A stretch of DNA of 64,000 nt from Leidyana gryllorum EB-2025a (GCA_048772705.1 JBLWGC010000102.1:33382-97381), one strand, 5' to 3'; counted from the first letter of the stretch, positions 45,257-57,294 are shown. The notes: generated by a model from the sequence alone, not told the origin. Made by a program: numbers and translations.

Positions 45257-46063
45257 ATGATGCGCTACGAGGAGAGGGACCCAATTGAGGATATCAGCTT
45301 GATTGATCAGGGGATCCCAGCTCTCCCTGAGAAGTACGTGGGAGCACCCAATGCTCGACCAAAAGGTCCCACCAGACCTGATTGGGTTCCTGAGCCCAAA
45401 TTTCTCCCCAAGGAGAGCACCATGCGACATCAGCAATCTCAACTCCCTCCCTTCTCCTCTTCGCCATCACAGGGAAAGGCTCCGCAGCCCAAAACAGGGT
45501 CAGATGTCCATACTCTCAGTGATGGGACGGGAAATGCTCAAGCGCAATCTCAAGCTCAATTTCAACCTCATTCTGAAGGTGCGAAGGGCAAGAATTTGGC
45601 TTTTTCTTCAGGTTACAACACCAGTGCGGTTTATAGTAAAGAGTTAAAATCAACGGATGAGTCCTGGACTCCCACACCCACTACTTCGGTCGAGCCAGTG
45701 GTTGGAAAACGAATCTCCAATTGTGAACATGAGCACGTTGACGCTTGGAAAGCAAAGTTAGCAGCTTATGCAGCTGCCAGACAGGGGTCCAAACCATCAA
45801 CGCGTCGCTTTGAACACCCTATATTCGCCTCGCGTGATGATTTCGGAGGCTTAGGTGATTCACCAGTGAGCATGGTGGTCGCAGGGGCGACTGTGGGCGC
45901 TTGTGTCATTACGGTGGCTCTATTAGCCGGCTGGGCATTCCTTTCTTGCAGTGGGAGTAGGGCAAGACGCACGCATCAAGTTCAGCAGAAAACACGAAAT
46001 GACCCAAGTCGCACTGGAGCTCACCGACAGCGAAGGGTTCAGTCCCGGGGACGTTACAACTAA
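45257..46063 (+). CDS. Hypothetical single-TM protein
   Basis: Low-complexity N-terminal region, then TM segment MVVAGATVGACVITVALLAGWAFL followed by a basic tail. Start placed at the ATG outside the alveolin CDS. Confidence 0.5.
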   Translation: MMRYEERDPIEDISLIDQGIPALPEKYVGAPNARPKGPTRPDWVPEPKFLPKESTMRHQQSQLPPFSSSPSQGKAPQPKTGSDVHTLSDGTGNAQAQSQAQFQPHSEGAKGKNLAFSSGYNTSAVYSKELKSTDESWTPTPTTSVEPVVGKRISNCEHEHVDAWKAKLAAYAAARQGSKPSTRRFEHPIFASRDDFGGLGDSPVSMVVAGATVGACVITVALLAGWAFLSCSGSRARRTHQVQQKTRNDPSRTGAHRQRRVQSRGRYN

Positions 46064-46336
46064 GAACAAACCTGATATGTGCAATAATGCAGTGCTTATA
46101 GTTAAGTTGGTGGTGAATGGATGGATAGTACATTATCAAAGTCGTCTGGACAAACATTTAGCGCGCGCCAAATAAGCTTGTCAATCGTTCCTGAGTCGGA
46201 GGACGGTGTGGTGAAAGACCATATAAAGTCTGACTGGGGCAGATAACGCAAAGAACACCGAGTTGAGTGTTCGAAAATTGAGTTCGGCCCCAGATTCAGG
46301 GCAATTTGGGTTTTTCTGTATACCTTACCTACCATA

Positions 46337-47596
46337 ATGTGGGAGGGTTTGAAGATTCCGCTTTGTGTATTGTTTTTGTCGACACTGACAGTGTCAGTTG
46401 GCGCTAACGATGGTGTCTCAGACAGGCTTGGTGTTGTACGTTCTTCAACTAGGAGTGTTTTATATGGTCGGAATCTGAAGGATTCTGAGTGCCCTCTGGG
46501 CGATATACCTATTGCTTATATAAATATGGAAAGTCAGTTTGAACGACGAGCTGCCTTTGAAGTTGGTTTGCAAGGCTGTCATGGGCGGGTGACCAGGATC
46601 GCGGCTGTCGACGCCAAAAATATGACAGACCTCGAGACTCGATGGCCTTCGACAGACCATATGAGAGAAGTGATTCGGACTAGAAGTGAATCGTCTAATG
46701 TCCGTGTGGCAGCCCCATCGAAGAATTTGGACAACTCTAATTTAACCGACGTAATTGAAGAGTATCTGCGAGCGAGGGGTGGTCGATCTCGAGGAGAAGC
46801 AGCTCTAGTTTTTGGTCATACGTACGCAGTGAAGCATTTATACGAGAATACGGAAGATGACTATGGAGTGGCGGTCGAAGACGACGCGGTACTATCAATA
46901 TCACGTCTTCACTTTCACACTCTACGGAGCGCCCTGCGACAAGTCGACGGTCCGGCGTCGCGGACTCCCGATTGGGCCGTCTTACAATTATTTGCGAACG
47001 GAGGAGACGAGCTCATGATTGATGGAATGAAACTGCTCGAGGTGATGTTCGACACGAGCGTAAAGCGGATATCGAGATGGGGAACCGTGGCTTTGGCCTG
47101 GAACCGGCAGGGAATGAAATTCCAGTTGGACCGTCAGATGGATGAACAGCGTGTCCGTCCACGTTGTCCACTGGACATTACGCCATGTGTAGCGGATTTG
47201 GCCTTACGAAGACACCATCTGGCCGTTCCCTCGTGGAGCTATAACCGTCTAATTGAGCAGGATTCCGGTTTACGTCACTTTCGCAACTCAGACGGACGAG
47301 CCCATCAGACTCTGAAAACTGGCCGACACCATCGGCTGGCTGCTCGCAACATTCAAGTGGCCTTACAGCATTTTGAACTGGTACAATTTGCAGCTGCTTC
47401 GGTGATGGGAACTCTTGGAGACTCTGAACTTCTTCTTTTTGGTCCAGACCCCACCCGAAGTCTCCACAGGATTGTTTCGTTTGCCTACCATCTTGTTATT
47501 GACGGGCACTCCCCAGCTAAGGACACCCCTTGGTACAAAGGCTGGGTCAGAATTTTGACACACACCCTGACACCCAAGATTGTTTGGACCCTTTAG
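46337..47596 (+). CDS. Secreted/luminal glycosyltransferase family 25-like protein
   Basis: Signal peptide; IAYINM..ERR, RIAAVD, RGEAALVFGH, VAVEDDA, WAVLQL, WGTVA..NRQG, VADL. Intronless. Confidence 0.7.
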   Translation: MWEGLKIPLCVLFLSTLTVSVGANDGVSDRLGVVRSSTRSVLYGRNLKDSECPLGDIPIAYINMESQFERRAAFEVGLQGCHGRVTRIAAVDAKNMTDLETRWPSTDHMREVIRTRSESSNVRVAAPSKNLDNSNLTDVIEEYLRARGGRSRGEAALVFGHTYAVKHLYENTEDDYGVAVEDDAVLSISRLHFHTLRSALRQVDGPASRTPDWAVLQLFANGGDELMIDGMKLLEVMFDTSVKRISRWGTVALAWNRQGMKFQLDRQMDEQRVRPRCPLDITPCVADLALRRHHLAVPSWSYNRLIEQDSGLRHFRNSDGRAHQTLKTGRHHRLAARNIQVALQHFELVQFAAASVMGTLGDSELLLFGPDPTRSLHRIVSFAYHLVIDGHSPAKDTPWYKGWVRILTHTLTPKIVWTL

Positions 47597-47648
47597 TCAA
47601 TCAACGAACGATATAGCTTTAGTTCTTTTCGGTCTCCCTCGTTTGAAA

Positions 47649-47964
47649 ATGGTAATCCTCCCTTCTTCTACCCCCTAGTCGGCAAGTAAATATGTATAAC
47701 AGGCTCTTCCTCGTGCAATTAAGCAACGGGCTGTCGTCCCAAAGAAGTCGGAGCGTCCTCAGACCGAACAGCCGGCCAGCCCCAATGATTCCGGGGTGAG
47801 CCGCGTTGGGCCAGTCGTCTTTGTCCTGATCGCTATGCTCGTCTTTGGCCCAGGTAACTAAGTCTTAGTTTCCAGCCCGCCTGTCCTCTCACAATATCAT
47901 TTCATTTTCAGCCCTCATCAAGGTCATCGCTGCGTTGACTGGCAGCAAAATGCCCATGCTCTAA
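47649..47964 (+). CDS. SERP1: RAMP4/SERP1-like stress-associated ER protein (68 aa), not in the ORF track
   Basis: ATG | intron 47652-47702 | exon 47703-47853 | intron | 47912-47964: MALPRAIKQR..RVGPVVFVLIAMLVFGPALIKVIAAL, matching the RAMP4 VGP..F..G.A..II tail anchor. Confidence 0.7.
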
Positions 47965-48098
47965 TGTGATCCTCTGTGTAGTCGCGTGGGAGAGGGAGAA
48001 GAGAGGGGACGGACGACACACACACACACCCCCCCAGAGACCCAGTCAGAATCACGCCCACGAAACTGGACAGCGTGTTATTAACGTTTTCGTCCGCT

Positions 48099-50060
48099 TC
48101 AGACCTGTTGTAGCCCAGTTGAGTTTCCATATACCTGAGACGAAGAAGTTTGGGTTGTGCTGCTGGTTGAGCGTCGTCGAATCTCTCGGGCGAGTCGTAT
48201 TGGTAGTCTGGTTTCCAGGCTGTTTTGAGGAAAGTGTCCATTAAATGGCTGTGTAAGATCGACTGTGCATCTGAGAGGACATACGGGACTGTATCTCAAC
48301 CACTGGTCTATGCAGTTCTTGTGGAATATGTGACAGCACGGTAGCACCCGCACCAAGTCGCTCGTGACAAACGAGGCCAGACACACCGAACAGCACCCGA
48401 CTTCTTTCTCTTCGACCCCGGCGTCTTGAACTTCAATGAAAGAGCAGCTCGTGGGGGGTGGGGCCGCAGGACGTCTGATGCCCAGCGAGCGGGGACTTCT
48501 CAACGGATGCCAGTTGGTGGCGTCATCACCGTTGTTGGCTGCTTGAGGATCGTTCCCTCCCACGAATACAGCTTCGCTCTCGCTCCACAGAGGCGACTCT
48601 GTCGTTGTTTGACCAATAGTCGCCGGCTGAGGCCCTTTGGCCGCGGTGAAGTTCACCATCTCGACACTCACTGCATCCACTGTGCTGCCAGTTGGTGCCG
48701 TCTCTTGCCTTGGCGCCTGATCGCCCGGTTTCACCCAGTTGGAGTTCCACTTCATCTCGAGGAAGGTCTCCACACTGCTGGGAGGGGCGCGGGCCGGGAC
48801 TGAGGTGCTGACTCTCCCCACAATGGTCAGAGCACTCCGCCTCGCGAGACTCTCAGCCAGATCCAACGGATGCTGGCGGGAGAATATACTGAGCCACGCC
48901 AGGCCGGGCACGTGCTTTCGGTAAACCAAATAGACGAGGCCACAGAACATAATGGTCAAGTTGAAGGGGCTGAGAACGAGGAAGACTGTGAGAGATTTGA
49001 ACATCAACTCGATCATCTGCCGCTCATTTGGATCCATAATCGCCTTGAGTAGCGGTACCAACATTGTCAGGCCGGGAGCGGGTGTGATGCCGGGAACCGT
49101 AGTGATGCGAACGGGTCCCTGCGGGATGCTCGGCCCCCAGAACCATACAGTGCCCCACAGGCCATGAGTTCCCATGTACTTTAGGAGGAGAGCCAACGGA
49201 TATATAGTGGAGAAGAAAAAGGCTATACCATGCGCGAGGCGACAACACAGAAACGCTTCGCTTTCCCGTAATAGAGTGACCAAGTCGATACGCACATCGC
49301 TAATCTCGTTCTCATTCTCAGCTTGGGGCGACGCGAACGCACGACTCCCTATCAGGTACAAATCTCGCAGTACCACGATTATCACTCCAATCCGGAACAC
49401 TGTAGTCACCTGCCACATCATAACCCACAAACCAATGCCCGCATTGAGCTCAGCGTCCCGAACCAGCGTACAGAGACGCATCACTCCAAATGTCATACCC
49501 CCCTCATATAAGGCCATTATCAGTCCCAAGACATGAAACGCGAATAGAAACGCTATACATTTCTTAGGATCGAGCTTGAGTGGTGGGACAGGTCCCAGTG
49601 TGACCTGTGAATTAAGCCTGCGAACTTGTGAAGGATATCTAATCACGGCGATCCCGAGCCGAATGGCTCGAACCAATCTCATGTGCGACACCCGACGCTT
49701 GAAGCGGGTCCAACAATTCGGCAAACCAACTCGCGCGTCCATTCTGCGATAATCCGCTCGAGCAGCTGCCGTCGATCGATGACTCCGCGAAGAAGGCAAT
49801 GAGCTGTTGTACCCACTGCTATCATCAAGATCGGGATCGTACAATATTCGCCCGTTCAGCTCCAAGTCTTCTTCTTCCGATTGGGACCTCGCAGGCACCA
49901 AAAACGGACCCGGCCGCGGAGTGTTGCCAGGGACACCACTTGCACGAACATGAGACGACGACCCAAACGAAGGGGGACCACTGCGTGCCATATGACCCAG
50001 TGAGCTCGGAGGACGGTATGAGCCGCTTGACGACGTCCCGGGCGTGAATGAAGCACTCAT
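48099..50060 (-). CDS. Multi-pass membrane RING-H2 E3 ubiquitin ligase
   Basis: CSVCLASF..VRVLPCCHIFHKNCIDQWL..CPLRC, preceded by several TM segments. Confidence 0.9.
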   Translation of the reverse strand: MSASFTPGTSSSGSYRPPSSLGHMARSGPPSFGSSSHVRASGVPGNTPRPGPFLVPARSQSEEEDLELNGRILYDPDLDDSSGYNSSLPSSRSHRSTAAARADYRRMDARVGLPNCWTRFKRRVSHMRLVRAIRLGIAVIRYPSQVRRLNSQVTLGPVPPLKLDPKKCIAFLFAFHVLGLIMALYEGGMTFGVMRLCTLVRDAELNAGIGLWVMMWQVTTVFRIGVIIVVLRDLYLIGSRAFASPQAENENEISDVRIDLVTLLRESEAFLCCRLAHGIAFFFSTIYPLALLLKYMGTHGLWGTVWFWGPSIPQGPVRITTVPGITPAPGLTMLVPLLKAIMDPNERQMIELMFKSLTVFLVLSPFNLTIMFCGLVYLVYRKHVPGLAWLSIFSRQHPLDLAESLARRSALTIVGRVSTSVPARAPPSSVETFLEMKWNSNWVKPGDQAPRQETAPTGSTVDAVSVEMVNFTAAKGPQPATIGQTTTESPLWSESEAVFVGGNDPQAANNGDDATNWHPLRSPRSLGIRRPAAPPPTSCSFIEVQDAGVEEKEVGCCSVCLASFVTSDLVRVLPCCHIFHKNCIDQWLRYSPVCPLRCTVDLTQPFNGHFPQNSLETRLPIRLAREIRRRSTSSTTQTSSSQVYGNSTGLQQV

Positions 50061-50111
50061 GAGTTGCCAGTAGACAGTGACGCCTGTTTGTACAACAGAA
50101 CAAGAGCTTTT

Positions 50112-51802
50112 TCAATCGGAATCATCGCCACCCTCGGCTTGGACAGCAAACTCCTCATCACTGCTTTGTGCCTCCAACCAATCACCAAACTGTTCAAGTT
50201 TGGCTGTATAATCGACTTGATGGGTTTCCTGTAGCGTTCACGCAATGTAGACCAAAGAACCCATCCTCGGCCACTTACCTCCCTCGGGACGGACAACGCA
50301 TCACCAACCTCGGGAGCGCCTTTGGCGCTGGCCTGTGTCCCAACCAGCTCGCCCACTTGAGGCGGGAGCATCAACTGAGGAGATACCCCCGCAGCCTGGA
50401 GCCACAGTCTATCAATGGCATCCAGATCATACGGGTTGGTGAAGGCATCTTCATCATCAGTGACTGTTTGGGCCAGGAGATCAGTGATACCATCATAGAA
50501 CCCAATGTTTGAGGGTTTGTTTTCGTACCCCGGGTACAACCGGAGAGGGGACAAGTCAACATCTTCCAGCCGAAGTCTATTGAGTAATGCATCCGCGTCT
50601 TCGGTCTTCTTGAACTTGAGGCACACCACTCCTTGAGGGTGTCGCTGTGGGCATAAGCAGTGTGGGCTGGAGATATATTAGGGGAGGGTGACTTACAGCT
50701 ATCGCTAAAACTTTGCGAGTTGTCACCTGCATCTTGTCCAGCTGCTGACTTATGGCTGTTGCCACAAAGTTGTAAAACTGAGAGGTTGCCGGGTACAATC
50801 TGGTGTGATCCTCGGTGAAACACGGACGCAGCAACAGGATACGGGCGCTCCCTTTCGTTTTGGCAAAGGACGGAGTGTCCTCTGCCCAACTCATCATTCT
50901 CAATTCCTCATTCCGAGCAGCAATCCTTCGTTTCTTGGCGGTTTCTCGGGATATCGCATTGCCTTCCGGTGCCGACTGTTCGGCTCCCGGTTGTTTCTGT
51001 TGATCAAACTTGGCCAACTCCACATGTATCTGAACTGTGTCATCCAGCCAGCTTTGGTCCAAATACTTGACAGCGAGCTCGGGGCTCTCCGGTTTGGCAT
51101 AGACGACCAATGCGTCACCGGTGGGCTCCCCCTCTGCATTCTTATAGTATTTGATATGAGGTTTTATCGTCTCGGGATGTATCTTTAGAACACCCACACG
51201 CTTCATATGTCTCTCGAATAGGTCAGTGTCGAGCGGGTTGGGCAGCCCGGTAACATACACAGCAGTATTCTTGCGAGCTTCCCGACCATTGCCGTTCTGC
51301 CCGCCTCGAGCTCTTTTCTTCTTCGAATTGGGGGCCTTGGCCGCCGCCTTTCCAGCGGCTCGTCCCGAAGACGGTTGCTCCGCTGCCATCGACTGATTGC
51401 CGTCTCCACTGTCATTGGGCTTTGCCGCGGGCTTATCTTCAGCAAGCGGCAGTTCGGAGGGCTTTCCAGACCTTTCATCAGCAGCCGAAGGTATCTCGCT
51501 GGGAACAGCCTGTTGCTGATTTGTTATAAAAGCCTGAAGCCCAGAGAGGTCTTCGTCTTCTTCTTCTTCGTCATCTTCGGTCGCCAGGAGGTCACGCAGT
51601 TCCGTTTCACCCAACGGACGCCACTCAGACTCCTCGTCCACCTTTCGAACAGACGCGAGACCATCAATGGTCCCCCTGTGAAGGATTCAAGTGTGCTGTA
51701 CGTGACACACTTCACTTACTCTCGAAACAGCTCCACCACCTGCGCATCCGTCAGGAGTCGCAATTGGTTATCAGCACTCAGTTGACCTTCGACTTCCCAC
51801 AT
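50112..51802 (-). CDS. HTATSF1: U2-associated splicing factor HTATSF1/Cus2 (RRM + UHM, N-terminal GYF_2-like segment)
   Basis: NTAVYVTGLP, IKYYKNAEG..GDALVVYAKPESPELAVKYLD, IHVELAKF, GVVCLKF, FYDGITD. The last intron (~50279-50229) gives KLEQFGDWLE..TGA 50112-50114. Confidence 0.88.
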
Positions 51803-51890
51803 TCTAATGGTTGAAAAAAGGTTGTGAGAGAGGTGGTAGGGGGCGTCGGTTCTATCTATCTAAGGGTTCAAGTCTATACACATCCATCAA

Positions 51891-54800
51891 TCACTCAGAG
51901 TCTGAGTCTCCCAACTCAAAGGCACCATCATCCTCCTCACTCTCCTCCTCCTCCATGACCTCTTCATCTTCTTCCTCCTCGCTGTCGGACACAATCATCG
52001 CAGCCTTCTTCTTGGGCGCCGCGGCAGCCTTGCGAGGTTGACTGGTGCTGGCTGCCGGTTTGCGCACCGCATTCAATAATCCCTGATCATCACTGTCGGA
52101 AATGTCTGCTGGGGAACTCCGACCACTGGAGCTCGAAGTGAAACCGCCCTGCAACAAACTCTATCCCACACATCGCTGAGGAGTTCATCCTTACCATGAC
52201 GCCACGAGGTACCTTCTTCACGGGCTCCGCCGTCTTAGGGGCCGCTCTCTTCAGACGCCCACCACCAGTGGTCGATGAGCTCGTCGTTGTACCGATCTTC
52301 TCCGGGCCTGCGGCCAGTGAGCCGCTTTGAGATGTAACATCTTTGCCTAACAGGGTGTCGAAAACACTTGGCTTGACTTCCTTCTCAGCTGCAAGTTTGG
52401 CTCGTAACCTCTCCATCAGCGAGAAGTCGCGCGGTGGACTCGTAGGCGCGGCAGGAGCCCCGAACAGGGAGGACATTGAGCTTTGAGCCGTTGGGGGAGG
52501 TTTCACGGGATCCGCCGCAGCTTTCTTCGCTGGCGCTTCAGCAACCTTCGGTTCAGACTTTACTTTCTTAGTGCTGGTGGCTGCCTTAGCCCTCCCACGC
52601 CGCTGGGGACCAGTCGACATGGATGAAATGTTGTTGCCGGCTTTCTGTCGCAAGGCTTCATCCTTCGCTTGATCTTTGGCAAGCTGAACCTCGAAATCAT
52701 CGATGGCCGACTCGAGTTTGTCAAGATCTGTCTTCCACAAATCCTCCGGTGTCAACCTTCTGAACGTTTCGAGCTCCTGTTCTTTATTCTGCAGCTGTTT
52801 CTGGAGGTCGGAAACCTTTTCAGCCGTAAGGTTCCATAGCGACATGCCAACAAGATAGTCGTAATCCCTCGCAGTTGACTCCTCTGGATTCTCTGCAGCA
52901 GCCACTTCTTCCTCGTCGGGTTCCCGAACTATGCCATCCTCATCAATTTCGCCCTGCATGGTCGGGTTCGTGGTATTGTATCGGTCATTGATCTGCTTCA
53001 TGGTGTCAAAGCCCCTCTTCTTCAGGTCGGCCACCAGCTCCAACCGCTTTCGTTTGTGCACAATGAGGTCATTCTCGATGACTTGAGTCACAAACTTGAG
53101 CTTATTGGTTACCAAACAGCACTCTTTCTCCAACAAGTTGAGCAGGTGACGTTTACGTCTATGATAGTAATCAAGTCGCACACGTGCGAACGCCTTCATG
53201 ATATCGAGTTCGGTATCAAACTTCTGTACCAATCCGTCGTGCGTGAACAAAGTCATATTGGTGGTTGCAATAGACTTCCTCAGTCTGAATACTTTCTCCA
53301 ACCCCTCTTGTTCCGCCAGAGCGAGTTGATCGGGAGCCATCTTGACGGTGAAGTGGATATGTTCGTGTGAACTGTTATCCCGGTAGTCTTGAATCATGTA
53401 TTTGAAGGCTCGGACGGCGACTGGGCCACTCCCCGCTTTAGCTTTGGCTTTGGCTCCCGCTTTGGCCTTTGCCTTCGCCTTGGGGACAGCTGCTCGTTTG
53501 GGAGCAGATCGGCCTTGTGCTCTGTTTTCAGCAGCTTCCTCTTCTGTCATACTCCAGGCCAACCACTCATCTAGGAAGTCCTTGTATGGCTGCGTCCACT
53601 GGCGGACTGGGAGTTCCGTGATGACCAGAGTGTCTTCACTGGTCTTTTCGATGATACCGACACTATCGTATCCATTATCCTTCTTGTTCTGGGGCTCGAT
53701 GCGTCCTCTGAAACCACGGTACCAGGGTATCATGGGTTCCATGCGCTCGCCAATGATGAACTTTCGAAGATTGGCAATAATTTCACGCGGGTTGTAGTTG
53801 GGCACACTGCAGGACCATCCCGTACCTATTCCGTCACCGCCGTTGACGAGGATGAGTGGTATGACAGGAATGTACCATTTGGGTTCAATCACGCGGCCTT
53901 CTTCGTTATTGTAAGAGAGCAGTTCCTCATCGGCGGCAACGAAGATGTGTCGAGCTACAGTGGTGAGACGTGTGTAGATGTAACGACTGGCGGACGCGTC
54001 TTTGCCTCCCTCTTTCCGGCTTCCGAACTGACCGCAGGGGTCAAGTATATTGAGATTGTTGCTGCCGACAAAGTTTTGAGCCATATTCACGATGGTCCCT
54101 TCCATTGAGGTTTCACCGTGATGGTAGCAACTGACATCAGAAACGTAGGCAGCGAGCTGAGCAACTTTCATCTCGGACTTGATGAGGTTCTTCTTGAGGA
54201 CGCCAAAGAGAACTTTCCTTTGTCCCGGTTTCCAGCCGTCGACCAGATTGGGAATACTCCTTTCTGTGTCATACTTACTGAAGAGGACGAGTTCCTTGTT
54301 GACAAAGTCTTTGTAGGTGACGACTTTCTCCCGATGGTCCAAATATGTCCCTTCTTGGAAACTTTGGATCCAAGCTTTACGGTCTTCGGCCCTTTTGGAG
54401 TTGAAGGCCATATCGATGAGCTCAAAGTCGTTTTCGTCCTCATAGTCGAACTCGAGTTGATGCTTGTCCAACTGGCTAAAGTACTGTTTGAACTCCTTGT
54501 CGTCTGATGTACCGAGCCCCTTATAATACTTTACTTTCCATCCTTTCCCGTTGTCATGAAGTTTCTTCCAATGTTCGTATTCGGTTAAAGTATAGAAAGC
54601 GATTTCTTCGCCTTTGCGTCGGTTCACCTTGACAATGGGAGTGACAAACTCTTTGAGGAAGCCGCGTGCGCGAAGGAGATCGGGCCAGAAATGTTGAAGA
54701 AAGTTGATGAGTAATCCTTTGATGTGACTTCCGTCAGCATCTTGATCTGTCATAATCATTATTGAGCCGTAACGGAGCTGTTTGGGATCGATCTCCTTTT

Positions 54801-56842
54801 GCCCGGCTTGCAGCCCAGTGATGGTCAGGATATTCTGGATCTCCTTGTTCTCCGTCAGAGCCTTGAAGGACGCATCTCTCACATTGAGCAGCTTTCCTCG
54901 CAAAGGGAACACTCCGTATCTGTCTCGTCCAACGACAGAGAGGCCCGCCAAACAACTGGTTTTAGCTGAGTCTCCTTCTGTCAGGATCAATGTGCAGTGT
55001 TGGGACATTCGGGTTCCGGCGTCATTCGCGTCTTCGAGTTTCGGTACTCCCAGAATGCGGTCGCGTCGTCCTCCTCCCGAAGATTTCATCTTGCGTTTCA
55101 AGTCGACCTCCTGTTTGGTCTGGGCCCACAACAAGACTGTCTCCGTGATGGGGGACTTGACAACAGCATTGATTGTCTTCTCCGAGACTTGACAAGAAGA
55201 GCCGAAATAAGACGGCTTCAGGGTGAGAGTCTCCTTTGTCTGACTGTCGAATGTCGGATTGACAATCAAACAGTTCACGAAAATAAAGATGTGATTCCTG
55301 ATGATCGGAAAAGAGAGAGGGATTATGATTCGGAATCTGAGATGAGATGAGAGTAACTCACTTGACATGATGCCCTTTGATCTCCATTCCACCTTTGTTT
55401 TTGGTCGCCACTTTCTTGAGGATGGCAGCGATCAACGGTTCAACGACATAGTTGACATGGGTGCCACCTTTGGTTGTGCAGATAGAGTTGACAAAGGAAA
55501 CTTGTTGGAATTGACCCTCCGATTGACTCACAACAATCTCCCACCGATCATTCACCTTTTCATGAATCTTAACGATCCCAGTGCTGGTGAGCTCGGTGGT
55601 GGTCTTTGAGCTGCCCGCCTCGCTGGATTTGGCTCCTTTTTTGCCTTTCTTGCCCGCTTTGGAGGAGCCTTCAGTGTACTCGTCGTCATCGTCGTCTACG
55701 ACAAAGTCGCTCATGCCGTCATCTTGGCCGCCGGAAATGGACTCTGCATTGGGGCTGTTGGAGGTGCGAGAATTCTCGTCGGTGACGGGTTTTGGGAAAT
55801 AGAGATCGACGTAACTCTTAAAGTCCTTCACTGGAATTCGTTTCCCATTGAGAGATACTTTGACCCCTGTGGTACCAGCGATATCGTGGACCCTCTTCTT
55901 CATCAATGCCATAAGATCCGCGTCCAAACCGTCGCATTTGAATCTCTGAAGATCCGGGCGGAACGCAATTTTGACACTGTCTCCCTTAGCGGAGCAGTCA
56001 GTGATCTTTGCATCGGTATGACTCGACATATTGTTGGTCCACGTCATTGCAAACTTGCGACGTCGGGTCGAATCGGTAACTTCAACGGTGAACTTTTCAC
56101 TGAATATATTGGTCAACTTGGCTCCATAACCATTACGACCTCCGGTGACACGTTGATCATTGTCGTCATAATTGTCAGACGTTAGAAGATGCCCAAATAT
56201 GAGCTCCGGTACATAAACTTTATGTTCCTTATGAATCTCCACCGGTATACCCGCCCCATCATTGGTCACCGATATGGTAGCGTTCTCCTGATCGATGTCG
56301 ACGTCAATTTTCGTCATACGGGCGCCTGACGAAAAAACAAGTGAGTGTGTTAGCGAGCGAGCGAGCGAGCGCAGTCACGTACCTCGGCTACCTCCCTCAT
56401 GCATCTCACGCGCTTTCACATCAGCGGCATTGACGAGGATTTCGTCTGTGGTTAGAGAATAGTGAGTGAGTCAGTCTGTCTATCGCGCTCCGCTGTTCGT
56501 GGACTTACCGAAAATCTTGTACATGGCTGGTATAAAGCTGAGCTGACGGAACACCATCCGCTCTCGTTCATCATCCCAGACCCAGGCAGTGGTGCTCTCG
56601 ACTTGAAGAGAGCCAACATAGGTATCGGGTCTCAACAATATGTGCTCCAATTGCGTCTTCTTCTGGAAACGCTGCTCAATGGTCTTGTCCTTCCCTGCTT
56701 TGAGGGGTGGAGCTTGAACCTCCTTGGGGGCAGGACGTTCTGCGATGAACTCTGACATGTCGTCATCATCGGCAGAGTCGAGGTCTCCAAGGCTGTCATC
56801 GTCACTGAAAGCTACGGGGGCTTTCTTAGCCTTGGGGGGCAT
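51891..56842 (-). CDS. TOP2: DNA topoisomerase II, multi-exon
   Basis: QLEHILLRPDTYVGS, GGRNGYGAKL, TEGDSA, PLRGKLLNV, IMTDQDADGSHIKGL, YYKGLGTS, YHHGE, catalytic ASRYIYT, GIGTGWS. Confidence 0.98.
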
Positions 56843-56949
56843 CTTTAGCTTAATTTAGGGAACGTTTAAGATTATTGCTTGAGTGTGGTTTCGTTTGTGC
56901 TAGGTCTAAGCAGGCGATACATCACTCAAAACGCGTCACGCAATGCATC

Positions 56950-57294
56950 TTAGATCCTCTGACCCGCCATAGTGGCATCGGCCACAACGGCTCCCCATCG
57001 TCCGAGGTTTGTGGGGGCGATTCGGACCTCCGGAGCAGCCATGAAAGCCGGAACAAGACCAGTTGAATAAATGGTGTTAATGCCGTGCGGAAAAGCGGTT
57101 ACTGGCTGACAACCTGGGGGAGTATACTTCTGCGAAGCCTCGGATGTGTATTGTACAGCTGAAGTCGTGTAGGAGCCGGCCGCTTGAGGAGACGCATATG
57201 AAGGCGACGGGTAAGTGCTGCTGCCGTAGACACCAGACGCGTTGGAGTAAGTATGGGTAGGAATGGACTGCATGGTGTAGGGTCTGGAGGTCAT
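56950..57294 (-). CDS. Hypothetical small Y/S/P-rich protein
   Basis: MTSRPYTMQ..; low-complexity N-terminus with a structured-looking tail APTNLGRWGAVVADATMAGQRI. Confidence 0.55.
   Translation of the reverse strand: MTSRPYTMQSIPTHTYSNASGVYGSSTYPSPSYASPQAAGSYTTSAVQYTSEASQKYTPPGCQPVTAFPHGINTIYSTGLVPAFMAAPEVRIAPTNLGRWGAVVADATMAGQRI

Noticed and set aside
45128-45442. Apparent 315-nt antisense overlap of two long ORFs
   Set aside because: Both have internal Met starts (45199 minus, 45257 plus) that remove the overlap; the extensions look non-coding.
50057-50060. ATGA stop/start overlap between ORF 50057-50629 and the RING E3 ORF
   Set aside because: An intron (~50279-50229) shifts HTATSF1 into the conserved LEQFGDWLE frame, which stops at 50112; the overlap is an artefact of the unspliced ORF.
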